The notes under the pieces: model-generated
Databases searched by the model: none
What the model saw: the letters and a program-made list of their open reading frames with translations, nothing else
Told to the model about the DNA's origin: nothing
Assembly: GCA_964498995.1 (NCBI GenBank)
Contig: CAZCIZ010000001.1
Coordinates: 41,479-105,478 of the forward strand
Length of the DNA: 64,000 bases
Direction of reading: 5' to 3'
Origin: an uncultured Clostridia bacterium
GTDB lineage: Bacteria; Bacillota; Natranaerobiia; Natranaerobiales; Natranaerofabaceae
Program-made: the position numbers and the translations under genes
Shown: positions 52,231 to 61,820 of the stretch, in pieces
Layout of the letters: each line of letters begins with the position of its first letter
Numbering within the stretch: the stretch's first letter is position 1

Positions 52231-54252
52231 TTAGTACTCTCTTGCTAGGCTTGTTCCGTAATTTTCAGCGGTTTTCTTATGAACTTCAATCTTCCAAGTC
52301 CTGTAATCAAGAGCTTGCATTAATTTCTTAGCGCTCATTTCTGCATCTGTCTCCAGGATGAAATAGCCACCAAAGACGTCATGGGCTATCTGGGTTGCGA
52401 TGCTGTAAATCATGGTACTTCCTTCTACCGGAGGCATAGCTCCTACGTGAAGCGGCACTCCTAAGGTCAAGAAGTAACTTCCTATTGATACAGCTTTTGG
52501 ACTCATGGCTTCAGGGGCTGTACCTACAACAGGTACCTTTGGAATATCCACGTCCATTTCTTTTGCTAAATTGAAGATTAGGTCCGCTATTCTAGAGTTA
52601 TCCACACAAGATCCCATGTGGTATATTAAGGGTAGATCTTCTTTTAGGTCGGCGCTGTCATTCAAGCGCTTCAAGAATTTCTTCAGTCCATCTCCTGCAT
52701 ACTTCTCGATAGCGCCAGCATTTAAAAGCCCGTACTTAGCAAAGGATCCTGCAGCACATCCCGTTGAGACCATTAATACATTGTTCTTGGCCATTTCTTT
52801 GGCTATTTCAATGTGATTTTGATCCTGCCATCCTTTTGCGTTGTTGCATCCGATCAAGAAGCCAACACCGCTGATTTCGCCTGCTTCGATTGCATCTACA
52901 ATAACCTTATAGGGGCTGTCTGAATTGACAGAGCTCAAAATTTCTTCCATGGCTTCAAGGGAGAATCCGCCTACAACTTTGTTTTTCTCTTCTGGTATTT
53001 CAACTTTGTTAGAGTCTCTTTCTTCGTAGGCCTCGATTGCCAGTTTGATGATTTCGCGGGCATTTTCCATGGCTTTATCCTGTTTAAAGTCTATATGATA
53101 GGAGCCGGGGATCTTAACTAGTTTGTCTGTAGTTATCAGCCTGGTTGTATAGCACTGGGAAACTTCTTGTAGACTCGGATTGATACACTGAACATCCACT
53201 GCCATTGCATCAACGGCTCCGGTAGTGATTACAAGCTCCTGGGTACCAAAGTTTGTAGCTAGAGGTATCTGCTGTCTCATCAGAACTTCGTTACCGGTAC
53301 AGCAGATTCCAAATAGATTAATTCCCTCTGCGCCGGCTTTTTTGGCGTCATCTTCCATCTCCCTGGCTGCTTTGACAATCATCTCACTCAGAAGCGGATT
53401 GTGGCCATGAAGGGCAATGTTAACCTGCTTTTCATCTATTACTCCCAGGTTGGCTTCGGTAACACCTGGTTGGGGAGTTCCAAACAGGATGTCTGAGAAA
53501 TCACACGCTATATGCATGCCATTAAGGTCCGCAAGGGCAGTCTTAAGAGCTCCAAAGATCAAGTTGACGGGATCGGAGTCCATACCCTGGTGTACATGTG
53601 CCATTTGATCAGTGATTGTATTGCTGATGCCTTTTGGCATGACAGTGGTTTCCTTGTACTTTTGCTTCCTTCCTTCTGGAAGCAAGGAATTAAGCCACAT
53701 TGATTCCTTTTGGCCTACATTTCCGATATCTTCTAAAGCTAGATCGGCAAGTTCAGAAGCTATTTGAAGGTCTTCTTTTCCTTCCGTTTTTATTCCCATT
53801 CTGGTCGCTACCTTCTTAAGCTTCTCGGCATCTGTGATTTTATAATCATCTAGTTTACCTTCAGCAACCTCTTTTAATGTGTGAGTCATATGTCTACCGT
53901 GGTCCGTATGAGAAGCAGTACCAATTGCAACTGCAATTCCTACAAACCTGGCTACGATGTTATAAGCCGTTGCACCACAAATACCTCTGCTTCCAGGCCC
54001 TTCCATAGATTTGATCCTGCATGGACCCTGAAGACAGAGCCTACAGCAAATTCCCTGATAACCGAACTGACACTGAGGATGCTGGGCAACAGCACGGTCA
54101 AAAGCCGTTAACACCCCATCTTTTTCGGCCTTCTCTAGCATTTGCTTTTCATTCTTTTCATCTGTCCTTACCCTGTTCTTTGGATCCAAAAACCTTTCTT
54201 TTGGAGCATTACTCGGTTGTGCATTAATGCTTGTGTCCCTAAATCTCGGCAT
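52231..54252 (-). CDS. acsA: Ni-dependent carbon monoxide dehydrogenase catalytic subunit
   Basis: 673 aa with the CooS/AcsA Cys pattern (CQFGYQGICCRLCLQGPCR ...). Confidence 0.95.
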   Translation of the reverse strand: MPRFRDTSINAQPSNAPKERFLDPKNRVRTDEKNEKQMLEKAEKDGVLTAFDRAVAQHPQCQFGYQGICCRLCLQGPCRIKSMEGPGSRGICGATAYNIVARFVGIAVAIGTASHTDHGRHMTHTLKEVAEGKLDDYKITDAEKLKKVATRMGIKTEGKEDLQIASELADLALEDIGNVGQKESMWLNSLLPEGRKQKYKETTVMPKGISNTITDQMAHVHQGMDSDPVNLIFGALKTALADLNGMHIACDFSDILFGTPQPGVTEANLGVIDEKQVNIALHGHNPLLSEMIVKAAREMEDDAKKAGAEGINLFGICCTGNEVLMRQQIPLATNFGTQELVITTGAVDAMAVDVQCINPSLQEVSQCYTTRLITTDKLVKIPGSYHIDFKQDKAMENAREIIKLAIEAYEERDSNKVEIPEEKNKVVGGFSLEAMEEILSSVNSDSPYKVIVDAIEAGEISGVGFLIGCNNAKGWQDQNHIEIAKEMAKNNVLMVSTGCAAGSFAKYGLLNAGAIEKYAGDGLKKFLKRLNDSADLKEDLPLIYHMGSCVDNSRIADLIFNLAKEMDVDIPKVPVVGTAPEAMSPKAVSIGSYFLTLGVPLHVGAMPPVEGSTMIYSIATQIAHDVFGGYFILETDAEMSAKKLMQALDYRTWKIEVHKKTAENYGTSLAREY

Positions 54253-54304
54253 TATTTTACCTCCTTTAAAAATTTTTCTTTAATATGATCACAAAGGAGA
54301 GGGT

Positions 54305-55054
54305 TCAACTCACCTCTAAGATATTATCAAATATTTCTTCAAGGCCGGGTACAATTACTACTTCTTGCTGTTCTTCTAGCAAAGTCTTTTCGATGATTTC
54401 TTCATCATACTCGATCACTCCTGCTATCTCATCCTGTTGATATACCTTGTCAATCAACTCTCTCTCCTTTGAACTACGCAGTTTATTGATTACCGTTTTG
54501 ATATTACTTATCCCCAGGTCTTTTCCCAGGTCCTTAACTACCTGGCTGGTTTTAATACTGGTCCTGGTAGGTTCAGTGACAATTAACAATAAATCTACGC
54601 CCGAGGCTGTGCCCCTGGTCAAATGCTCTATTCCCGCTGCCATATCGAGGATGACAATGTCATCCTTTTGCAACAAAAGAGCATTCAAAAGAGCGTTCAT
54701 AAAACTGTTTTCCCTACAATAACAAGCAGAACCACCTTGCTTGACAGAGCCCATCTTGAGAAAACTAATATTGTCTTTCTTCAGGGCATACCTGTCGAGA
54801 ACATCATCTACTTTTGGATTTAAAGGGTAAAAATCCCCCCCTCCCATTTTATTATCTATCTCTTCTTTCAACTCCACAAGAGATGGAATTTCATTCAAAC
54901 TGTTTTCTTCAAACCCCAGGGCAAGCCCCAAGCTGGCGTCGGGATCACAGTCAATTGCATACACTGTATGCCCTCTGGCACTAAAGAGCTGACTAAGTCC
55001 TGCTGATATGGTTGTTTTCCCAACTCCCCCCTTGCCGCTAACTGAAATTTTCAT
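54305..55054 (-). CDS. cooC: CODH nickel-insertion ATPase CooC
   Basis: 249 aa with the deviant Walker A GKGGVGKTT and a CYC (CxC) metal motif. Confidence 0.9.
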   Translation of the reverse strand: MKISVSGKGGVGKTTISAGLSQLFSARGHTVYAIDCDPDASLGLALGFEENSLNEIPSLVELKEEIDNKMGGGDFYPLNPKVDDVLDRYALKKDNISFLKMGSVKQGGSACYCRENSFMNALLNALLLQKDDIVILDMAAGIEHLTRGTASGVDLLLIVTEPTRTSIKTSQVVKDLGKDLGISNIKTVINKLRSSKERELIDKVYQQDEIAGVIEYDEEIIEKTLLEEQQEVVIVPGLEEIFDNILEVS

Positions 55055-55265
55055 TTATTTCACCTCAATATTCTCTATTAAATAATTTTAAGTTATTTGC
55101 TACTTTATGATTATAAAAAGACAAAACTAGCCTCATATTCTACGACTAATGATTATTACCCCTAACTAACTTTCTACATATATTAAATAAATCCTTTCGT
55201 TTTTAAAAAATTTTTTTCAAAGTTATGTCAACCTGATATGTCAAACTAAGATAAGATATCCTTAT

Positions 55266-55796
55266 CTATGTCTCAAACCCAATACTTGTCAAGATAGACT
55301 CCACTTCTCTGTATTTTTCTTCGTTCTCAGCTTTCAAAGGCGTGCAGCTAGAAAGCTTTACCTTGTTCTGCAACAAGGAAACCGCAAAAGCAAGACAAGT
55401 CTGATAACCGCATTCCTTGCAATTTGTCCCGGGGAGCCATTTATACAAGTCGATAGCCTGGATTCTAACCCTTTGTTCATAAAGTGGTTCGATCTCATCT
55501 TTTTTTGCATAGGTGTCATTTATCAATTTTTTTAGGTCTTCTACTACCTCCTGGGCATCATCTTTGTCATATATTTTAGCTGCAGCTAACTTCTCTGGAT
55601 AGATGGTGATCAGTCTCTCGTCCATGGTATACGTAAGATTAGGGGCTGCTTTGTTATAGGTAGCAGTTTTTATGACCGCGTTCAAATACGGAAGAATTTC
55701 CGTCAAGTCTTGAGATGGGCGAGCGAAAAACCTTATCCTATCATGATCTGCTATACATGGCATTATTTGGGTTATCTCTATTTTATCAAGAAACAA
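55266..55796 (-). CDS. Uncharacterised protein with a C-terminal AcsC-like [4Fe-4S] module
   Basis: The C-terminal 39 aa (DLYKWLPGTNCKECGYQTCLAFAVSLLQNKVKLSSCTPL) align by eye with the AcsC N-terminus in this window, 22/39 identical and with the same Cx2Cx4Cx16C spacing. I do not recognise the N-terminal 130 aa. Confidence 0.6.
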   Translation of the reverse strand: MFLDKIEITQIMPCIADHDRIRFFARPSQDLTEILPYLNAVIKTATYNKAAPNLTYTMDERLITIYPEKLAAAKIYDKDDAQEVVEDLKKLINDTYAKKDEIEPLYEQRVRIQAIDLYKWLPGTNCKECGYQTCLAFAVSLLQNKVKLSSCTPLKAENEEKYREVESILTSIGFET

Positions 55797-55831
55797 ATTA
55801 ATATCCCTCCGTCATACCTAAGTTAAAAATA

Positions 55832-56872
55832 TCATCCTAGCCATCTAAATCTAACGGATTCCCCCCTGATCAGTACCTTGTTCTTGTCTATATCCGGTTC
55901 TATATCAGGGGCGCCAATGATAGGTCCATATCCCAGGGACAGCCTAAAACAGGCTATACTTCTTTCAAGTTTTAATTTTTCCGCCGCAGTTAATCCTTCA
56001 AGCCCAAGCTGAACTGGAATCAAAGATTGACTTGCCAAAACAGGGTTCATATTTTCCCTTGCGAACAGAATTTCCTTGATAATACTACCTTCCTTCATTG
56101 TCAAAACGTGCTCGTCACAGGGCATAGAACTACCCTTTGAAAGAAGCTTCATAGAAAGGCTCATAGGAGCTTTCCCAAGATACACTAATGAAGGCTTGAT
56201 CTTCTGTTGTTCCAATTTATTTAGTTTGGATTCCAAGTATTCCATCAGGTTTTGATCAAAGCTTTCTCCGTAAAGAAAAACTATTGGGAGATCAAAACCC
56301 CCTTCTATTTTATTAAACACCCAATCAAGGGTAGCTAAATCAGCCTTGTTCTTTTCACTCAAGCCACATCTGTAATGGCAAACTTTGTTGCAACTACCTG
56401 TGGGGACGATGTAGCTGTATGAAAGGTTGATGTTTTCTGAAAATAAGCTAAATAGTTGATTCAGTGAATTCCTTTCTAACTCTAAAACCTGTAAAAGCTC
56501 TTCTTCATCAAGAACCCCCGCTTTATCATGAAAAGCCTTAAGTTCTTTCTCTAACGAGCCCTCTTTTGACCCTTCTTGCTTTTGTCCTTCTCGATTTTGT
56601 CCTTCTCGATTTTGTATAGAAACTTTCACAAATTTATCATATAGACTTGGCTTCGACTTGATCTCATCCCAAGTCACTCTTTCCTTTTCCATGAGAAGCT
56701 TGGCTTTTTCAAGTTCAGCTTCGTCAACCAAAAGAGCCGTTGTGCATTTACTACTGGAATCAGGTGGGGCAGGAATGTTTTTGCAATGGAGAAATTCACT
56801 CAACACTGCTTCAGCCTTTAGCATGTCGTGGGTAGTTGGAAATGTTATCGCTATACCTGTCAATATATCCAC
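55832..56872 (-). CDS. Uncharacterised fusion protein: DUF3343-like N-domain, repeat linker, BioB/HydE-like C-domain remnant
   Basis: The N-terminal ~70 aa resemble the small DUF3343 (Se/S-carrier-like) fold family. The linker is QNREGQNREGQKQEGSKEGS. The C-terminal region has CNKVCHYRC (Cx3Cx3C, not canonical radical SAM). The start is GTG 56872 or TTG 56863. Confidence 0.4.
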   Translation of the reverse strand: MDILTGIAITFPTTHDMLKAEAVLSEFLHCKNIPAPPDSSSKCTTALLVDEAELEKAKLLMEKERVTWDEIKSKPSLYDKFVKVSIQNREGQNREGQKQEGSKEGSLEKELKAFHDKAGVLDEEELLQVLELERNSLNQLFSLFSENINLSYSYIVPTGSCNKVCHYRCGLSEKNKADLATLDWVFNKIEGGFDLPIVFLYGESFDQNLMEYLESKLNKLEQQKIKPSLVYLGKAPMSLSMKLLSKGSSMPCDEHVLTMKEGSIIKEILFARENMNPVLASQSLIPVQLGLEGLTAAEKLKLERSIACFRLSLGYGPIIGAPDIEPDIDKNKVLIRGESVRFRWLG

Positions 56873-56966
56873 CTCAGCAAACCTTCACATCTCATATATA
56901 CACACTCAGTACAAGTAATATTCTAATTAAGACTTTAAAATCCTTCCACAGAATTTTCAGACATAT

Positions 56967-57001
56967 TTTTAGCGGGGGATAGATTTTATCCCCCGCTAAA
57001 A
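56967..57001 (-). terminator. GC-rich hairpin after clpC
   Basis: TAGCGGGGGATA-gattt-TATCCCCCGCTA, flanked by T and A runs. No clean U-tract on the minus strand. Confidence 0.5.
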
Positions 57002-57007
57002 TTTTAA

Positions 57008-59467
57008 TCATTTCTTAGCTTCTTCCTTTTTTTCAAAGGTCAGGCTATCCTTTTCTTCATCCAGGTCAACTACTATTTCATCCCCTTGGTCAAATTCTCC
57101 CCTGAGAATTTTTTCGCTTAATACATCTTCTACTTTCTTTTGAATAGCCCTTCTGAGAGGCCTAGCTCCATAAGTAGGATCATAACCTTCCTTGGCTAGA
57201 TATTGTTTGGCTTTATCGGAAACTTCAAAGACAATATCGAATTCTTGCATCCTTTCATGGAGTTCTTGCAGCATCAAGTCTACTACTTCTTGAAGGTGTT
57301 CTTCCTCCAAGGAATGGAATACTATGGTTTCATCAACTCTGTTCAAAAACTCAGGTCTAAAGGTGTTTTTCAACTCTTCCATGACGCTGTCTCTCATAGC
57401 TTCATAAGAGTCTTCTTTGCTTTCAGGTTTGAACCCTACTTTGGTTTTATTTTTTATGGTATTGGCTCCTACATTTGAAGTCATTATAATCACGGTATTT
57501 CTAAAATCCACAGTTCTGCCTTTGGAATCCGTCAGGCGTCCATCTTCAAGGACTTGAAGCAAGGTGTTGAATACCTCGGGGTGAGCTTTTTCTACCTCGT
57601 CAAATAATATCACTGAATACGGTCTCCGCCTAACCTGTTCCGTTAACTGTCCACCTTCTTCGTGTCCCACATATCCTGGTGGAGACCCTACTAGTCTAGA
57701 AGTTGTATGGCGTTCCATGTACTCAGACATATCTAGCCTGACGATGGCATCTTCATCTGCAAACAAGGCTTCTGCCAAGGCTCTTGCCAGTTCTGTCTTA
57801 CCTACTCCTGTAGGACCTAGGAATATAAAGGAACCTATAGGTCTCTTGGGATCCTTTAGACCAGCTCTACCTCTTCTGATTGCATTTGATACTGCTTTTA
57901 CCCCTTCTTCCTGACCTACAATCCTCTCATGTAGGATACTTTCCATTTCAAGGAGTCTTTCGCTTTCTTCTTGGGCAAGTTTTTTGACAGGTATCCCTGT
58001 CCAGTCAGAAACGATCTTAGCTATGTCTTCACCTGTAACCTTGGTTTCATCGGATATCTGCTCTTGTTCCCATTTTGTTTTTAGCTCCTCAAGTTTTTCC
58101 TTGGTTTTTTGTTCTTTATCCCGTAATTCTGCCGCTCGCTCGAAGTCCTGACTTTTTATGGCAGCTTCCTTTTCTTTTTGGACCTCTTCTAAGTTTTCTT
58201 CCATTTCCTTTAATTCAGGTGGAGTGGTATTTGTTTTTAGTCTGACGCTGGCAGCCGCCTCATCAATCAGATCTATGCCCTTATCCGGCAGATATCTGTC
58301 GGTTATATACCTTACCGACATCTTCACAGCTGAGTCTAAAGCATCATCAGTAATATGAACCCTGTGATGAGCTTCATATCTGTCCCTAAGTCCTTTCAAA
58401 ATCTCTACACTCTCTTCCTGAGTGGGTTCTTCCACTGTGATAGGTTGAAAGCGTCTTTCTAAAGCGGAATCCTTCTCTATATATTTTCTATATTCATCCA
58501 AAGTTGTAGCACCTACACACTGCAGCTCTCCTCTGGCAAGGGCAGGTTTCAATATATTCGATGCATCAATAGCACCTTCAGCCGCACCAGCACCGATAAC
58601 TGTATGAAGTTCATCAATAAATAAGATCACATCTCCGGCCTGGGTCAGTTCGTCTATCAATCTCCTGAGCCTTTCTTCAAATTCACCTCTATACTTGGTC
58701 CCAGCAACTACTGCAGAAAGTTCCAAAGTCACGACCCTTTTATCTTCAAGGATCTTGGGTACAATCCCCTCTTCAATCTTTTGGGCAAGGCCTTCTGCAA
58801 TTGCGGTCTTTCCTACCCCTGGTTCCCCTATCAAGCAGGGATTATTCTTGGTTCTTCTGCTTAAAACCTGGACTACCCTTTGGATCTCTTTTTCCCTACC
58901 AATTATGGGATCAAGCTTGCCTTCTTTGGCAAGGTGAGTTAAATCTCTGCCGAAAGAGTCCAGGGCTGGTGTCTTGCTCGTAGGAGCTTGAGCTTGCTTT
59001 GGTTTGCCCTTTGTATCCTTGGGTTGGCCTTCTGAACTCCCTAGGATTTTCATGACTTCCTGCCTTGCATTTTCAAGACTAATTCCCATCTGATTCAAAG
59101 TTTTAGCGGCAACTCCTTCACCTTCCCTGACAAGGCCTAAAAAAAGGTGTTCCGTGCCAATATAGCTGTGACCCATTTGCCTGGCTTCATCCATGGAAAG
59201 CTCGATCACCGTCTTCACCCTTGGAGTATATCCTACATTTCCAAGGGGAGCCTCATCACCAGGACTAACTAAATTCTCCACTTCACTTCTAACAGCCTCT
59301 AAATCAGCATTCAAGTTATTTAAAGCTCTGGCAGCTACTCCTTCACCTTCCCTAACCAAACCTAAAAGCAAATGCTCTGTCCCCACATAGTTGTGTTTCA
59401 ACCTTTTTGCTTCTTCCTGAGACAAAGCCATTACCTTTTGTGCTCTCTGGGTAAATCTTGCAAACAT
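57008..59467 (-). CDS. clpC: ATP-dependent Clp protease ATP-binding subunit ClpC
   Basis: 819 aa with Clp N repeats, two AAA+ modules ([16 protein letters not shown]) and a UVR linker. Confidence 0.97.
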   Translation of the reverse strand: MFARFTQRAQKVMALSQEEAKRLKHNYVGTEHLLLGLVREGEGVAARALNNLNADLEAVRSEVENLVSPGDEAPLGNVGYTPRVKTVIELSMDEARQMGHSYIGTEHLFLGLVREGEGVAAKTLNQMGISLENARQEVMKILGSSEGQPKDTKGKPKQAQAPTSKTPALDSFGRDLTHLAKEGKLDPIIGREKEIQRVVQVLSRRTKNNPCLIGEPGVGKTAIAEGLAQKIEEGIVPKILEDKRVVTLELSAVVAGTKYRGEFEERLRRLIDELTQAGDVILFIDELHTVIGAGAAEGAIDASNILKPALARGELQCVGATTLDEYRKYIEKDSALERRFQPITVEEPTQEESVEILKGLRDRYEAHHRVHITDDALDSAVKMSVRYITDRYLPDKGIDLIDEAAASVRLKTNTTPPELKEMEENLEEVQKEKEAAIKSQDFERAAELRDKEQKTKEKLEELKTKWEQEQISDETKVTGEDIAKIVSDWTGIPVKKLAQEESERLLEMESILHERIVGQEEGVKAVSNAIRRGRAGLKDPKRPIGSFIFLGPTGVGKTELARALAEALFADEDAIVRLDMSEYMERHTTSRLVGSPPGYVGHEEGGQLTEQVRRRPYSVILFDEVEKAHPEVFNTLLQVLEDGRLTDSKGRTVDFRNTVIIMTSNVGANTIKNKTKVGFKPESKEDSYEAMRDSVMEELKNTFRPEFLNRVDETIVFHSLEEEHLQEVVDLMLQELHERMQEFDIVFEVSDKAKQYLAKEGYDPTYGARPLRRAIQKKVEDVLSEKILRGEFDQGDEIVVDLDEEKDSLTFEKKEEAKK

Positions 59468-59504
59468 AATCTATCACCTCTTCTAATTTTTCTAATTAAC
59501 CATT

Positions 59505-59540
59505 TTACTCTTTTTACTCTTTTTACTCTTTTTACTCTTT
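59505..59540 (-). repeat. Four tandem 9-nt units AAAGAGTAA (Lys-Glu-stop) at the end of mcsB
   Basis: Plus strand has TTACTCTTT x4. The first unit supplies the last two codons and the stop codon of mcsB; the next three are in-frame repeats of it. Confidence 0.9.
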
Positions 59541-60599
59541 GCTCATACTTATCCTTTCCCTGATAAGTTTAGCTCGTTTGATATCCCTTTCTTCTGGACT
59601 TAGCTCTTCACCCGCTAGCTTTTGTAAATTTGCTGGTCTGATAAGAACAAGGAGTTCATTCAAGATATTAGCATCTACTTCTTTTAAAAAGCCCATGTCG
59701 CAAGCTAGCCTAACTGAACTCAATAAAGCCATGGCCTCATTTGTGGTTATTATCCTGGCATATTTGAGTTGGCCATAAGCTCTCCCTACTTTATCCGCAA
59801 GCTTTTCTTCACCTTTTCTAAGAAGATCTTCTCTTGCCTTCTCTTCTTGATCTATCAACTGCCTGGTGACACCTTCTAGCTTCTTGAGAATATCTCTTTC
59901 TGATTGTCCTAATGTTATCTGGTTAGATAGCTGAACTACATTTCCTACCATCTCGGTGCCTTCTCCATACAAACCCCTGACTGCCAATCCCACCTGTCCT
60001 ACAGCAGATAAAACTCTATTAATCTGACCTGTCATGACAAGTCCCGGTAAGTGCAGCATTACAGAAGCCCTCATACCGGTTCCCACATTGGTTGGACAGG
60101 TTGTAAGATACCCCCATTCTTCATCAAAGGCATAATCTACAGATTCTTCTACAAGGTCATCTATTCTGTCAGCATATTCAAAGGCTTTATCCAATTGCAG
60201 TCCGGGAAAAAGACATTGAATTCTAACATGATCCTCTTCATTCAACATGACACTTATAGCTTCATCTTCTCTGATGATAATGGCGCTATTTCTGTCCTCT
60301 TTGGCAAGTAGTGGACTGATCAGGTGCTTTTCAACCAGTACTTTTCTTTCTATAGGTTCTAAATCCCTAATCCAGAGAAGTTTATGATTCCCAAGTCCTG
60401 AACTGCCTCTTTTTATCGCCTCATTTATATCCTTTACAACTTTTTCAGTATCTTTATCTCCTGATAAAAAAGGGTGCGGTATGTCTTTTAAGTTCCTGGC
60501 AAGTCTCACCCTAGTAGAGATAACGTACTTGCTTTCCGGGCCACTACCTTCCATCCACTTGGCAGACACGTCTTCGATGTATTTTTTCAGAGTCATCAT
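59532..60599 (-). CDS. mcsB: Protein arginine kinase McsB
   Basis: ATP:guanido phosphotransferase domain (CPTNVGTGMRAS). Start placed at MMTLKK. Lies between mcsA and clpC. Confidence 0.92.
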   Translation of the reverse strand: MMTLKKYIEDVSAKWMEGSGPESKYVISTRVRLARNLKDIPHPFLSGDKDTEKVVKDINEAIKRGSSGLGNHKLLWIRDLEPIERKVLVEKHLISPLLAKEDRNSAIIIREDEAISVMLNEEDHVRIQCLFPGLQLDKAFEYADRIDDLVEESVDYAFDEEWGYLTTCPTNVGTGMRASVMLHLPGLVMTGQINRVLSAVGQVGLAVRGLYGEGTEMVGNVVQLSNQITLGQSERDILKKLEGVTRQLIDQEEKAREDLLRKGEEKLADKVGRAYGQLKYARIITTNEAMALLSSVRLACDMGFLKEVDANILNELLVLIRPANLQKLAGEELSPEERDIKRAKLIRERISMSKE

Positions 60600-60612
60600 C
60601 TCACCCCCTAGC

Positions 60613-61140
60613 CTATTCAAATTCCTCTTCTAATTTTTTGATTTCATCTCTGATCTCCGCCGCTTTTTCATATTCTTCTCTTTTAATGCATTCTTGGAGT
60701 TCTTCTTTTTTCTCTTGAACCTTCCTCTTGATCCTTAGATTACCTCCCGTTCTCTTTGGAACTTTTCCCATATGACTAGTTTTTCCATGGATTCTCTTAA
60801 GCAGGGGGTTTAAATGCTTAGAGAAAACAAAAAAGCAGTTGCTGCACCCTAACCTGCTTATCTGGGCAAATTGATCATAGGTAAGATTGCATTTTTCACA
60901 CTGCAACTTATCTTTTCCCGGTAAATCCTTATGAACTTGTTTTGAATCTAGAGATTTATCTACATCCATCAGCCCCGCTAAAAAATTGTTGATGGGAAAT
61001 CCAGGGTCCACGTTAAATTCCAATTCACCGCCCTTTTCTTTAGCACACTTCTCGCAAAGATGAACTTCGTTTTTTTCGTTATTTATTATTTTTGTAAAGT
61101 GAACTGTCGCAGGGCGTTCATTGCATTCTTCACAGTACAT
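60613..61140 (-). CDS. mcsA: McsA (arginine kinase activator; zinc fingers plus UVR motif)
   Basis: 175 aa with CxxC pairs (CEEC...CEKC, CEKC...CSNC) and a C-terminal EEYEKAAEIRDEIKKLE UVR motif. Confidence 0.9.
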   Translation of the reverse strand: MYCEECNERPATVHFTKIINNEKNEVHLCEKCAKEKGGELEFNVDPGFPINNFLAGLMDVDKSLDSKQVHKDLPGKDKLQCEKCNLTYDQFAQISRLGCSNCFFVFSKHLNPLLKRIHGKTSHMGKVPKRTGGNLRIKRKVQEKKEELQECIKREEYEKAAEIRDEIKKLEEEFE

Positions 61141-61175
61141 CCAAGCTCACCTCCAATAAAAATTATTTGTTACTC

Positions 61176-61640
61176 TTACTGAAACTTCATCAGCTCTAAC
61201 AATGCATTTGTCAACATTTTGGCTCTCAGTTGGTCTCGAGCTGGTAAAGAGATGGGTATGCTTTCCCTGTGTACACAAGCTAGCAAAAGGTCTTTCTCCC
61301 TTTCAGTAATTATATTATTTTCATAGACACCTATTATAAAATCCGAGGCCTCTTTTTGACTAATACTATCTCCAACTATTTCATTCATGAATTTGTACAA
61401 CAGGCCTTGGTCTGATATCTTAAGACGACTTATCTGAATAAATCCACCGCCACCTCGCCTGCTTTTTACCAAGTATCCTTTTTCTGGAGTAAATCTAGTA
61501 CTTATGACATAGTTTATTTGTGAAGGTACACAATTAAATTTTTCAGCTAAACTACTCCTTTTTATTATCACCGATTTACCCGGACTTTCTTCAATTTTTT
61601 CTTTAATATATGATTCAATATTATTTGAAAGGCTTCCCAC
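61176..61640 (-). CDS. ctsR: Class III stress-gene repressor CtsR
   Basis: 154 aa. The segment CVPSQINYVISTRFTPEKGYLVKSRRGGGGFIQI is nearly identical in pattern to B. subtilis CtsR. GTG start. Confidence 0.93.
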   Translation of the reverse strand: MGSLSNNIESYIKEKIEESPGKSVIIKRSSLAEKFNCVPSQINYVISTRFTPEKGYLVKSRRGGGGFIQISRLKISDQGLLYKFMNEIVGDSISQKEASDFIIGVYENNIITEREKDLLLACVHRESIPISLPARDQLRAKMLTNALLELMKFQ

Positions 61641-61663
61641 CTCTCATCACCTCTACTCTTTAC

Positions 61664-61681
61664 CTTTGACTATCTTTGACG
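61664..61681 (-). promoter_or_regulatory. CtsR operator (tandem heptad)
   Basis: Minus strand reads CGTCAAA-GAT-AGTCAAA, matching the consensus (A/G)GTCAAA-NAN-(A/G)GTCAAA. It lies just downstream of a TTGGTA-18-TATAAT candidate promoter (-10 at 61691-61696, -35 at 61715-61720). Confidence 0.75.
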
Positions 61682-61820
61682 TTCAACTCGATTATACATA
61701 TTTATACTTTTCAATACCAAATCCCGATAGCACGCTCTATCGCAGATTATATTTCATTTACTCTTTTTTGCTTTTGTATTCTCTTTTTTTTATATAATCT
61801 CACCTTCTCTGACCAATGGT

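Noticed and set aside
55832-56872. Calling the C-terminal domain of this protein a radical SAM enzyme.
   Set aside because: The cysteine motif is Cx3Cx3C (CNKVCHYRC), not CxxxCxxC. The resemblance to BioB/HydE blocks is by eye only. I therefore left the protein as uncharacterised.
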